From an uncultured Thermoleophilia bacterium (GTDB lineage: Bacteria; Actinomycetota; Thermoleophilia; Gaiellales; Gaiellaceae), in NCBI GenBank assembly GCA_963774605.1, contig CAVZFN010000002.1, forward strand, positions 300,398 to 364,397: 64,000 bases of DNA, given 5' to 3'. Of the stretch, positions 50,235 to 60,367 are shown one piece after another. Numbering within the stretch: the first letter of the stretch is position 1; each line of letters begins with the position of its first letter. The position numbers and the translations under genes are program-made. Under the pieces are notes generated by a model that saw nothing but the letters and a program-made list of their open reading frames with translations, was not told the DNA's origin and made no database searches.

Positions 50235-53200
50235 GTGAGCCTCTGCTCGAGTTGCGGCACCGAGAACGAGCCGAACCGCAAGTTCTGCGGCGAATGCGGC
50301 ACGCCGCTCACGCACGTCTGTGCCAGCTGCGGTGCGACGAACGCGCCGACGGCGAAGTTCTGCGGCGAGTGCGGCTCCGCGCTCGTGGCGGGTCTGGCGC
50401 CGGGCACCGACAGCCCGGTGGTGCAAGCCCCGGCCTCCGAGCGCCGCCTCGTCTCCGTCCTGTTCGCCGATCTCGTCGGCTTCACGGCGCTTTCGGCGAC
50501 GCGCGACTCCGAGGAGGTGCGGGAGCTCCTGACCCGCTACTTCGAGACGTGCAGCCGGTTGATCGAGCTCTACGGCGGGACGGTCGAGAAGTTCATCGGC
50601 GACGCGGTGATGGCCGTCTGGGGCACGCCGACCGCCACCGAGGACGACGCGGAGCGCGCGGTGCGCGCCGCGCTCGACCTCGTCGCGGCCGTCTCGGCGC
50701 TGGGCGACGAGGTCGGCGCACCCGAGCTGCGCGCGCGTGCCGGCGTCCTCACCGGCGAGGCGGCGGTGACGCTTGGGCGCAGAGCGCCAGGGGATGGTCG
50801 CCGGCGATCTCGTCAACACGGCGTCGCGGGTGCAGTCGGTCGCGGATCCGGGCGCGGTGTTCGTGGGCGCGTCGACGCGCCGGGCAACCGAGCAGACGGT
50901 CGTCTACGAGGAGGCGGGGGCGTTCGAGCTGAAGGGCAAGGACGGGCTGCTGCCGCTCTGGCGGGCGCTGCGGGTCGTCTCGGGCGCGCGCGGCTCGCTC
51001 AAGTCGACCGGCCTGGAGGCGCCCTTCGTCGGCCGCGACCGGGAACTGCGCCAGATCAAGGACCTCTTCCACACCTGTGCCGAGGAGCGCAAGGCGCATC
51101 TGATCTCGGTGACCGGGATCGCCGGCATCGGCAAGTCGCGGCTCGGCTGGGAGTTCTACAAGTACTTCGACGGCCTGCCGCAGCTCACGTACTGGCACCG
51201 CGGGCGCTGTCTCGCCTACGGCGACGGCGTGACCTACTGGGCGCTCGCAGACATGGTGCGGATGCGGTGCCGGATCGTCGAAGACGAGGAGCCGGCCACT
51301 GCGCTCGAGAAGCTGCGGGCGACACTCGAGGAGCACATCCCCGATCCCGAGGAGCGGCGGTTCGTCGAGCCGCGGGTCGCGCAGCTGCTCGGGCTGGTCG
51401 AGCAGGAGGCGCGCGACAAGCAGGAGCTGTTCGCTGCCTGGCGGCTCTTCTTCGAGCGGCTCGCAGACGTCTACCCCACCGTGCTCGCGTTCGAGGACAT
51501 GCAGTGGGCGGACGCGAGCCTGCTCGACTTCGTCGAGTACCTGCTCGAATGGTCGCGCAACTCGCCGCTGTACGTGATCACGCTGGCCCGCCCGGAGCTG
51601 CTCGAGCGCCGGACGAACTGGGGTGCCGGCCAGCGCAACTTCAGCTCGCTCTACCTCGAGCCGCTCTCGGCCGCGCGCGATGGAGGAGCTCCTGGTCGGG
51701 CTCGTGCCCGGTCTGCCGGCCGCGCTGCGCGAGCAGATCCTCGCGCGCGCCGAAGGGGTGCCGCTGTACGCGGTCGAGACGGTGCGGATGCTGCTCGACC
51801 GCGGTCTCCTCGTGCAGGAGGGCGCGGTCTACCAGCCGGTCGGCGAGATCGGCTCGCTCGAGGTGCCCGAGACCCTGCACGCGCTGATCGCCGCCCGGCT
51901 CGACGGCCTGTCGGCCGAGGAACGGCGGCTGCTGCAGGACGCGGCCGTGCTCGGCAAGACGTTCACCCGAGACGCACTGGCTGCGCTCGCCGGCGCCGAG
52001 AGCCGAGGTCGAGCCCCTGCTCGCGTTCCTCGTGCGCAAGGAGGTGCTCGGCGTGCAGGCCGATCCGCGCTCGCCGGAGCGCGGCCAGTACGGCTTCCTG
52101 CAGGATCTCGTCAGGCACGTCGCCTACGAGACGCTTGCCAAGCGCGAGCGCCGGGCGAAGCATCTGGCTGCGGCCGAGTACCTGAGCACGGCGTTCGCCG
52201 CCGAGGAGGACGAGGTCGTCGAGGTGATCGCGTCGCACTACCTGGCCGCCCACGAGGCTGCCCCGGACGCGGACGATGCCGCCGGAGATCAAGGAGAAAG
52301 CTCGTGCGACGCTGGCGCGCGCCGGGCAGCGTGCCGCGTCACTGGCCGCGGCCGCCGAGGCGAGGCGCTACTTCACGCAGGCCGCGGAGCTGGCTGCCGA
52401 CCCATCGGAACGAGCGGCGCTGCTCGGACAGGCGGGCGAGATGGCGCGCAGAGCCGCCGATCCCGACGCGGCGCGCGCGTTGCTCGCGGAGTCGATCGAG
52501 CTCTACGAGCAGCAGGGCGACACGCACGCGGCCGCCCGAGGGCTCGCCCGGCTCGGAGATCTCGACGCGTTCACCGGGCCAGCGCGACAAGGCGCTGGTC
52601 AGGATGGAGCGGGCTTTCTGCCGTCATCTCGGGAGACGAGCCCGACGAGGATCTCGCGCTGCTCGCGGCGCGGCTGTCTCGCGCGTACTGGTTCAGCGGA
52701 GATCTCGAGCGTGCGGCCGAGCGGGCCGAGTTCGCTCTCGACATCGCCGAGTCCCATGCCTACCCCCTCGCCCTCACCATGGCGCTGCGCAGCAAGGCGG
52801 CGGTCGTCTTCAGCCGGGGCCACCCCGCAGGAGGCGAACGCGCTCCTCAGGCAAGCTCTGCAGATCGCGGTCGACAACGATCTCGCTGAGGACGCGGCCG
52901 TCGTGTTACTTCCTGCTCTCCGACGGACGCTTCCGGTCGGACGAGTACGCGGAGGCGCTCGGCTACCTCGACGAGGTGCTCGCCCTCTCCCGCAAGCTGG
53001 GTGACCGGCCGACGGAGTGGGCGGCGTTGTCCGAACGCGCCTACGCGCTCTTCATGCTCGGCCGCTGGGACGAGGCGCGAGCAAGCAGCGAGGAGTTCAC
53101 ACCCGAACAGATCGTCGCCGGCGGTGTGATGTTGAGCCTGCTCCAGGTGGGCGTCGAGATCCACGTGCAGCGGGGCGAGCTCGACGACGCGCGCCGGGTC

Positions 53201-53732
53201 TTCGCGATGTACCAGCACCTCGAGGAGTCATCCGACGTGCAGGATCGGGCGGCGTACCTGGGATCGCGGGCCTGCCTGCGCCGGGCGGAGGGCGGGCTGC
53301 GGGAGGCGCTCGCCGACGGCGAGGCGACCATCGAGACCAGCCCGACTCTCGGCGTCTCGTTCCAGGGGGTGAAGCAGGGCATCGTCGAAGCGCTCGAAGC
53401 GGCCTTCGCGTTGGGCGAGACGGCGAAGATGGAGGAGCTGCTGGCCTTCATCGAGTCGATTCCGCCGGGCTCGCGGGCGCCCTTCCTCGACGCCCAGGCG
53501 CGGCGTTTCCGCGCCCGCCTCGCTGGTGGAGACCGGTCAGGCTACGAGGCCGCCGTTCGGCGGTTCCGCGAGGCTCGGGCTGCCGTTCTGGGTCGCGGTC
53601 ACGCTGCTCGAGCACGGCGAAGCCGCAGGCCTCGCCGAGGCGCGCGAGATCTTCGAGCGGCTCGAGGCTGCACCCTGGCTGGAGCGAGTCGCGGCGGCCG
53701 AGGCCGAGCAGCACGCACAAGTTCCCGCCTGA
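50235..53732 (+). pseudogene. Double zinc-ribbon + class III cyclase + AAA/P-loop ATPase + TPR regulator, about 9 frameshifts
   Basis: Pieces in three + frames: MSLCSSCGTENEPNRKFCGECGTPL..CASCGATNAPTAKFCGECG..VSVLFADLVGFTAL..FIGDAVMAVWG | GMVAGDLVNTASR..FVGRDRELRQI..VTGIAGIGKSRL..AFEDMQWAD | MEELLVGLVPGLP..EGVPLYAVE | EVEPLLAFLVRKEVL..GQYGFLQDLVRHVAYE | EIKEKARATLA.. and so on, ending ..GLPFWVAVTLLEHGEAAGLAEAREIFERLEAAPWLERV..*. Shifts lie near 50778, 51670, 52000, 52280, 52580, 52615, 52825, 52895 and 53575. Confidence 0.85.
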
Positions 53733-53735
53733 CCT

Positions 53736-54002
53736 CTACAACGCTCGTCGTCCGGTGACGAACATGACCGCGAGCTCGGTACGCGAGCGGACGTTCAGCT
53801 TGCGGTAGATCCTCGTCAGATTCCATTCGACCGTCTTCGGCCGCATGCGGAGCCGCTCGGCGATCTCCTGATTCGTGCGGCCCTCGGCGACCTCCGCCAC
53901 AATCAGGCGTTCGGTCTGCGTCAGCTCGCTCACGCCGCCGCACACTACGGCGTTGTGTCCGGGGGTACCCCCGGGTTTCACGCGTGCCCTCAGCCCGGAC
54001 AA
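53736..54002 (-). CDS. Stand-alone LuxR/GerE-type HTH protein (65-88 aa; start uncertain)
   Basis: LTQTERLIVAEVAEGRTNQEIAERLRMRPKTVEWNLTRIYRKLNVRSRTELAV. Possible starts are the ATG at 54002 or the GTG at 53933. Confidence 0.65.
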   Translation of the reverse strand: MSGLRARVKPGGTPGHNAVVCGGVSELTQTERLIVAEVAEGRTNQEIAERLRMRPKTVEWNLTRIYRKLNVRSRTELAVMFVTGRRAL

Positions 54003-54054
54003 GAGGCCGAGTCGGCCCCTATCCCCCAGGCGCTGGTTGTGTCACGGTCTGGGG

Positions 54055-56760
54055 ATGACCGAGATCCTCGGCCGGCAGGCCGAGCTTGCCGCGATCGGTG
54101 CATTCCTCACTGACCGAGCGGGCGAGGCTCGCGCCCTGGTCCTGGAGGGCGAGCCCGGGATCGGCAAGACGACGCTTTGGCGCTGGGCGGTTGCGAACGC
54201 GGAGAGCGAGGGCGTCAGCGTGCTGCGCGCACAGCCCGCAGAACTGGAGCAGGACCTCGCATTCGCGACGCTCGGCGACCTCTTGGCACAGGCCCTCGAT
54301 GAAATCGAGGCCCTCCCCGAACCTCAGCGGCGTGCTCTGCGGATCGCCTTGCTGCTCGAGGAGTCGGACGGCCGGTTGCTCGACGAGCGCGCGGTGGGAA
54401 CCGCGTTGGCCTCCCTCCTGCGCGAGCTGGCGGGGGACGGCCTTGCCCTGCTGGCAGTCGACGATGTTCAGTGGGCTGACCCCTCCTCCTGGGCCTGCGT
54501 CCGTTTCGCGCTGCGGAGGCTCGATGTCCGGGTCAAGGCTCTCCTGACCTGCCGCGTGGGATTCGCACTCGATCCGCAGGCGGCGAAACTCTCGGTGCAA
54601 CCGCTCACCGACGAGGCTGTACGGGAGCTCGTGGCGCAGACGGCAGACGGGGTCTTCAGCGGTGACGAGGTCGGGCGAATCGCCGACCTCGCCGCCGGGC
54701 ATCCGCTCTATGCGCTCGAGATCGTGCGTGAGTCCGCGGCACGCCGGCGCGAGGATGGAACAGTCACAGACGCGGTGAGCGTCCCACCGGCTCTGACCGA
54801 CGCCGTCCTCTCACGCGTCCACGGCTTGCCTCAAAAGACGAGGCGAGAGCTCGTGCGCCTGGCGGCCGGAGGCGACGGAGCCGATCTCTCCGAGAGATCT
54901 CTTGCCCTCGCGGTCGAGCGCGGGCTCGTCGAGAGAACCGGCGATGCCGTCCGGTACAAGCATCCGGTGTTCTCATCCGCGGTCTACGCCGCGGCGACAC
55001 CGCGTGAGCGCCGTGCAGCCCATGCCGCGCTGGCCGAAGCAACGCGCGACGTCGAGGACCAGGCGCGGCATCTCGCTGCTGCGGCAACAGGCCCCGATGA
55101 ACGCGTCGCCTGCGCACTCGACGACGCAGTCGCGCTGGCGCGCGAGCGCGGCGCGACCGGTGTGGCCGCCGAGCTCTCGCTGGCGGCCCTCCGGGCCGGC
55201 CCACCCGAGAGCCCGAAGCACTGGTCGCGCGTGCTCGAGGCGGCAACACGGCAGACCAACGCCGGAAACCTGCGAGCTGCGCGGGGCCTGCTCGAGACGG
55301 CGCTCACCGAAGAGCCGCAGGGACGACGTCGCGCGCAGGCTCTCTTGCTGCTCGGAGGTGTTCTCAAGGACTCGGTCCATTCCGATCGAGCCGCCGCTTG
55401 TTTCCGCGAGGCGCTCGACCACGCCGAGGGCGATACCGCTCTTCGCGCAGCGCTACACGCGAACATCGCCTATGTCCTGCAATTCGGGGCCGGCCCCGCC
55501 GCAGCCGAACCTGACGCTCGCCGCGCGCTCGAGCTTGCCGAGAGCTCCGGTGACGACGCACTCCTCGCGCAGTGCCTGGCCGCGCTCGCCCGGATCGAGT
55601 TCTGGCTTGGTCGAGGCGTCCAACGCAAGACGATCGAACGCGCCGTCGAGCTCGAGCGCGCCGGAGTCGATCTCCGCATCGATCCCAGCCCGAGTCTGTT
55701 GCTGGCAGGACAGCTCGCGACGGCCGGTGATCTGACTGAGGCGCGCGAGCACCTGTCACGGGTGTTGACTGCCCTGCACGAATCGGGCCAGCCGGCCCAC
55801 GCTGTGCTGCATCGGTTGTCGCTGCTCGAGCACCGCGCCGGAAACTGGGCAGCCGCCGAGCGGCTCGCGCGGGAGGCGTTGGACGAAGCGCGCTATGCAG
55901 GCGAACCGGCCTGGGAGCGTTTTGGGCTGCACGCGCTGGCCACCGTTCAGGCGTATCGAGGCGAAGTCGCAGCGGCGAACGCGTCGATCGAGCGCTGCTG
56001 GCAGCTCGCGGAGGAGGTCGGGCAGCCGACCTTCGTCGTCGGCGGGAGGGAGCTCCTCGGCTTCCTTGCCCTGTCCCTGGGCGAGCCACTCGAGGCCGAG
56101 CGCCAGCTCGCTCCGGCACACAGCACCCTGCAGGGCATGGGCATCAACGAGCCCGGTCGTTTCTTGTTCCTCCCCGACGAGATCGAGGCGCTCATCCAAC
56201 TCGACCGACTCGACGAGGCACGGCGCTGGACCGACTGGCTCGCCGCACGCGGGACGGCACTCGACCGCGCCTGGGCGAGCGCGACCGCTGCGCGTTGTCG
56301 CGGCCTGCTCCTGGAGGCTTCCGGCCGGGACGCCGAGCCGCAGTTCGACCTTGCGCTTCGTGAGCACGATCGACAGCCCATTCCCTTCGATCGTGCGCGC
56401 ACCTTGTACTCCTACGGCGCGTATCTGCGACGGCGGAGGCGCAAGGCGGCAGCGCACGAGACACTCGACGAGGCGGCAGAGGTTTTCCGGGGACTCGGCG
56501 CGCAGCTCTGGACTGCGCGGGCGCGCCAGGAGCTTGCACAGATCGGAGGTCGTGCCACGGCTGCAAAAACGCTCACCCCGACCGAGCGCCAGATCGCAGA
56601 CCGGGTCGCCTCCGGCCGTTCGAACACCGAGGTCGCCCGCGAGCTCTTCCTCAGTCCGAAGACGATCGAGTGGAACCTGTCGAAGATCTATCGCAAGCTC
56701 GACGTTCGCTCGCGGGCCGAACTGGCCGCCAAGCTGGCGAGCCCAAAGATCGTCAACTAG
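54055..56760 (+). CDS. Large ATP-binding LuxR-family (LAL/MalT-like STAND) transcriptional regulator, 901 aa, intact
   Basis: ATG at 54055 (MTEILGRQAEL..VLEGEPGIGKTTLW, Walker A). Also ..LLAVDDVQWAD.. and long TPR-like helices. The C-terminal HTH is LTPTERQIADRVASGRSNTEVARELFLSPKTIEWNLSKIYRKLDVRSRAELA. Confidence 0.9.
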   Translation: MTEILGRQAELAAIGAFLTDRAGEARALVLEGEPGIGKTTLWRWAVANAESEGVSVLRAQPAELEQDLAFATLGDLLAQALDEIEALPEPQRRALRIALLLEESDGRLLDERAVGTALASLLRELAGDGLALLAVDDVQWADPSSWACVRFALRRLDVRVKALLTCRVGFALDPQAAKLSVQPLTDEAVRELVAQTADGVFSGDEVGRIADLAAGHPLYALEIVRESAARRREDGTVTDAVSVPPALTDAVLSRVHGLPQKTRRELVRLAAGGDGADLSERSLALAVERGLVERTGDAVRYKHPVFSSAVYAAATPRERRAAHAALAEATRDVEDQARHLAAAATGPDERVACALDDAVALARERGATGVAAELSLAALRAGPPESPKHWSRVLEAATRQTNAGNLRAARGLLETALTEEPQGRRRAQALLLLGGVLKDSVHSDRAAACFREALDHAEGDTALRAALHANIAYVLQFGAGPAAAEPDARRALELAESSGDDALLAQCLAALARIEFWLGRGVQRKTIERAVELERAGVDLRIDPSPSLLLAGQLATAGDLTEAREHLSRVLTALHESGQPAHAVLHRLSLLEHRAGNWAAAERLAREALDEARYAGEPAWERFGLHALATVQAYRGEVAAANASIERCWQLAEEVGQPTFVVGGRELLGFLALSLGEPLEAERQLAPAHSTLQGMGINEPGRFLFLPDEIEALIQLDRLDEARRWTDWLAARGTALDRAWASATAARCRGLLLEASGRDAEPQFDLALREHDRQPIPFDRARTLYSYGAYLRRRRRKAAAHETLDEAAEVFRGLGAQLWTARARQELAQIGGRATAAKTLTPTERQIADRVASGRSNTEVARELFLSPKTIEWNLSKIYRKLDVRSRAELAAKLASPKIVN

Positions 56761-56920
56761 CGCATCAATCCCGGGGGTTCCCCCGGGTCCATCGTGGCCA
56801 CCATCGCGACATGCGCATGAAGCTCATCGAGTCCGAGTCGGCTCGAGAGCCGCGCTGCGCGCCGGGCAGGTCCGCTCACGACCCCGCGCGGGACAACAGT
56901 CGAACGGATGAGGAGGAGAG

Positions 56921-58222
56921 ATGAAGCGGAAGACCACAATCCGGCTGAGCTGCCTCGCAGCGATCATCGCGGTGGGGGCGACGGTGTGGTTGTCGGTGGC
57001 CTCGGCGACTACTCACAGGCCGATCCCGGTGTCGCCGGCAGCAGTGTTGACCTGGAACACGTACACGGTGAAGGCGGTTCGTGCCTCGTTGCCGACCAAG
57101 GTCCAGACGGACGGCATGGTCTACATGTCGTACGCGCAGGCGGCGGTGTACGACGCCGTCACGAAGCTGATGGGGGGCTACCAGCCCTACCACGACTTCG
57201 CATTCAACGTCGCCCCCGGCGCCTCGGTGCAGGCGGCGGTGGCGGCGGCCACGCAGACGATCCTCGATCACTACCTTCCCGACCAGCAGGCGACGGTCGA
57301 CGCCGAGTACAACACCTACCTGGGCACGCTGTCGGGCAACGTCTCCGGCGGCGTTGCACTCGGCCAGGCGGCGGCGAACGACATCATCGCCCTGCGCACC
57401 GGCGACGGGCTCAACAACACGAACGTTCCGAGCTACGGAGGGAACGGACCGATCCTGCCCGGGCAGTGGCAGCTGCAGCCGGGGCAGAAGGTGCAGACGC
57501 CGTACATCGCGACGATGCGTCCGTTCCTGCTCGAGAGCCCCGCGCAGTTCAGGGCACCACCGCCGCCGGCGCTCACCAGTCACGAGTACGCCCGCGACCT
57601 GAACGAGACCGAGGCCTACGGCGCGCTGAACAGCACCGTTCGCACCCCGACCGAGACGGCGATCGCCTACTTCTGGGTCGGCTTCAACGTCAACCAGTAC
57701 AACCAGACGTTCCAGACCGTGATCAACGATCGCCACTTCGACCTCGTCGACGCAGCACATCTGCTCGCGATGGGGAACATCGTCACGACCGACGCCGGCA
57801 TCGCCTGCTACGACTCGAAGTTCTTCTATCAGGCCTGGCGGCCGATCACGGCGATCCAGAACGCCGACAAGGACAACAATCCCGAGACGACCGCGGACCC
57901 GAGTTGGCAGTCGGTCCTACCGGTGCCCGGTCACCCCGAATATCCGTCGCAGCACGGCTGCTTCACCTCCGCGTTCACGGACACGCTCGCGGCGGCGATC
58001 CACAGCCAGCACATCGACGTCGATATCCCGGGAGGCCAGGGCGGCAGCAGCAACCTCTCCACCACGCAGCACTTCAACACCGTCCAGGACGTCCAGAACC
58101 AGGTGGTGGATGCACGCGTCTGGCTCGGCTTCCACTTCCGCAACTCGGTCGAGCAGGGTGAAGGCGTCGGCAACAACGTCGCCAACTGGGAGCTCGCCAA
58201 CAACTTCGGGCGCACCCGCTAA
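56921..58222 (+). CDS. Secreted PAP2-superfamily / vanadium-dependent haloperoxidase-like protein
   Basis: ATG after GGAGGAGAG. Signal MKRKTTIRLSCLAAIIAVGATVWLSVASA. Motifs: KFFYQAWRP (Kx6RP), HPEYPSQHG (the PSGH position reads PSQH), ARVWLGFHFRNS (Rx5H). Confidence 0.75.
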   Translation: MKRKTTIRLSCLAAIIAVGATVWLSVASATTHRPIPVSPAAVLTWNTYTVKAVRASLPTKVQTDGMVYMSYAQAAVYDAVTKLMGGYQPYHDFAFNVAPGASVQAAVAAATQTILDHYLPDQQATVDAEYNTYLGTLSGNVSGGVALGQAAANDIIALRTGDGLNNTNVPSYGGNGPILPGQWQLQPGQKVQTPYIATMRPFLLESPAQFRAPPPPALTSHEYARDLNETEAYGALNSTVRTPTETAIAYFWVGFNVNQYNQTFQTVINDRHFDLVDAAHLLAMGNIVTTDAGIACYDSKFFYQAWRPITAIQNADKDNNPETTADPSWQSVLPVPGHPEYPSQHGCFTSAFTDTLAAAIHSQHIDVDIPGGQGGSSNLSTTQHFNTVQDVQNQVVDARVWLGFHFRNSVEQGEGVGNNVANWELANNFGRTR

Positions 58223-58288
58223 CCCGATCTAGACCGCGGTGAGTGGCCTGTCTGCGCGCGGGCCACTCACCGTCACACCGGGTGTGCG

Positions 58289-59122
58289 CTAAGAGGTGGG
58301 GGCGGTCTCGAGCACCCAGATTGCTGCGTCGGCACAGTCGACGCGGGTGCCGCCTTCGGCGTCGTCGAGCCGCGTTCGACGAACGTAGACAGTCTCGCCG
58401 TCGACCTCGGCCAGCGGCCCGCGGACACCGTCGCGTGCCGCGGCGACCCACCAGGCACGAACCTGCCGGTGCACCTCCTCGGCCGAACGCGACCAGTCGA
58501 CCTCGGCGAACTCCGGTTCGAAGAAGCCTGCGTAGCTCGCCCCGTCCTCACTCTGCGGGTCACCGGCATCGCCGGCTTCCACGCGCTCGAGCGCCCGCGG
58601 CAGGAGCGACGTCCAGAGGCTGAACAGCGCCCCGAGCACGTCCTCGGCGCGCTCTGCACCGCCAAGCGGCACCGAGCCCTGGGCGAGGATCGGCCCCGTG
58701 TCGAAGTCGGCATCCATGCGATGGAAGCTGAAGCCGAGCTGTGGATCGCCGTTGCGCAGCGCCCAGCCGATCGGGTTCGGGCCTCGGTAGCGCGGGAGCA
58801 GCGCCGGATGGCCGTTGACGACGCCGAGTCGCGGCACCGTGAGAGCGTCCGCCGGTATCCGCACCGGGAAGCCGCCGCACAGCGCCAGATCCGCGTCGAG
58901 CGACGCCAACAGCTTCGCGAACCGCGCCGGGCCGCTCGCGACCAGGACGTCCATGCTCTGCGGCCGAACGTCGATCAGAGTAGAGAGCGGCACGTCCCCG
59001 TAGCGGCCCGGAGGGCCCTCGGTCGTCACGAGCCCAACGCACTCATGGCCGAGCGTTTGCAGCAACGTCTCGAGGCGGACGACCAATGCGGGAATCCGCG
59101 AGAAGAGAGCCACCCGCATCAC
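58289..59122 (-). CDS. Formyltransferase-family protein (methionyl-tRNA formyltransferase-like)
   Basis: Track ORF of 277 aa. ..DLALCGGFPVRIP..LGVVNGHPALLPRYRGPNPIGWAL (HxSLLPxxRG-type motif)..GFSFHRMDADFDTGPIL.. Confidence 0.78.
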   Translation of the reverse strand: MMRVALFSRIPALVVRLETLLQTLGHECVGLVTTEGPPGRYGDVPLSTLIDVRPQSMDVLVASGPARFAKLLASLDADLALCGGFPVRIPADALTVPRLGVVNGHPALLPRYRGPNPIGWALRNGDPQLGFSFHRMDADFDTGPILAQGSVPLGGAERAEDVLGALFSLWTSLLPRALERVEAGDAGDPQSEDGASYAGFFEPEFAEVDWSRSAEEVHRQVRAWWVAAARDGVRGPLAEVDGETVYVRRTRLDDAEGGTRVDCADAAIWVLETAPTS

Positions 59123-59326
59123 GAGAGTTCTAGTCGATCTGCCGTCATGAGACTTGCTGCCGTTGGACGGGAGCGGCGGGTGACCGGGGGCAGCATGCGC
59201 GCTCGGGGCCGCCCGAAGAGCACTGAGGTCTTCGGGCTCGATGCCAGGAGGCCGGCTGCTTTGGGGATGTGCACCAGGAGGCCAGGCTACTTCGGGGACA
59301 TGCCCAGGCCGCGTTGCCGCTGGCCG

Positions 59327-60085
59327 TCAGAGTTGGCTCTCGGCCATCCACCTTTCGAGTGTCTTCCAGAAGTCCCAGCCTTCCTGGGTGGCTCTGGGGT
59401 GCATCGAATAGTGGCCGTGGAGCTCCTGGAAGCGGGTGCCGTGGAAGCCCAGCTTGGAGGAACCGGCCCAGCCCAGCTCGATTCCAGGTGCCTGGTTGGT
59501 TCCGGTCGCTTTGGCGAGCAGGTCGCCTTGCCGGAGCCGGGTTCCGACTTTGTGTGTCGCCGGGATCTCGATGTCTTCGGCGGTGTAGATCGGGAAGCGC
59601 GCCATTGGCCCCTTGTCGCATTGAACGACGATCAGTCCGCCGATCCCCGGCCAGCCTGATTTCGTGGGCACGACCCGTACAACCTCACCGTCGGCGAACA
59701 TCGGGATCGGCCCGGCCCCAGCGAAATCGACGCCCATGTCGATCCCATTCCAGGCCGAGTGGCGGCCAAGGATCCCCCAGTCGCCGATCTGCTTCGCAGC
59801 GAAATCACGCAGCTTCTTCGAGTCGAACGCGTCCGCGAACGGCAGCAACGTCTTGAAGAGCATGTAGTCGACCTTGCCGTCCTCTGTCAGGCCGCGCTTC
59901 TTCTGCAGACGCTTGATCGCAGCGTCCAGACCGTCACCAAACAAGTCGTCGAACCTGCCCTGATGCTTCACTTGCCGGGGAAAGCCGACCCCGGCACGCG
60001 AGGTCATCCGCTTGACTGCGACGACATCACCGCCGCGGTCGCCCAACTGCAGGACCCGGACCAGCTTCAGATCTGCCTTCGCCAT
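59327..60085 (-). CDS. Hypothetical protein with an N-terminal PG_binding_1-like repeat and a C-terminal domain of unknown family; no signal peptide
   Basis: Track ORF of 252 aa. ..LQLGDRGGDVVAVKRMTSRAG..FGDGLDAAIKRLQKKRGLTEDGKVD... Lys-rich and visibly lower in G+C than its neighbours. Confidence 0.6.
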   Translation of the reverse strand: MAKADLKLVRVLQLGDRGGDVVAVKRMTSRAGVGFPRQVKHQGRFDDLFGDGLDAAIKRLQKKRGLTEDGKVDYMLFKTLLPFADAFDSKKLRDFAAKQIGDWGILGRHSAWNGIDMGVDFAGAGPIPMFADGEVVRVVPTKSGWPGIGGLIVVQCDKGPMARFPIYTAEDIEIPATHKVGTRLRQGDLLAKATGTNQAPGIELGWAGSSKLGFHGTRFQELHGHYSMHPRATQEGWDFWKTLERWMAESQL

Positions 60086-60355
60086 CGCTGCTCCCTTCCG
60101 CTTGCCTTGGGTTAGGTCGAGCGGGCTCGAGTGTCCTCCTCATCGATCCTTGTGTCAACCAGCACGAATCGAATCCCGTCGGTGAGCTCGCCCTGACCTG
60201 CCGGGCCGCCATTCACGCGCACCGGGCGCCATCGTGACTAGCAGGTCTGGCGGGGGCTGATGTCAGGAGGCTGCGCGACGGCGTCCACCCTGCTGCCGCC
60301 CTTGTGGGCGGCCGCCCCTTGTCATAACCCAGGAGGCCGGCGGCGGGTGACCGTT

Positions 60356-60361
60356 TAGGCT
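60356..60361 (+). promoter_or_regulatory. Candidate -10 hexamer TAGGCT, 6 nt before the GTG at 60368; a copy of the 50223 arrangement
   Basis: tttaggctcttacgGTG. See the finding on the duplicated 5' end. Confidence 0.3.
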
Positions 60362-60367
60362 CTTACG

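Noticed and set aside
59327-60085. Prophage endolysin or mobile-element remnant
   Set aside because: Support is limited to a PG_binding_1-like repeat, no signal peptide and a lower G+C appearance. There is no integrase, terminase, holin or att-like direct repeat. I could not confirm a catalytic (M23 or amidase) motif.
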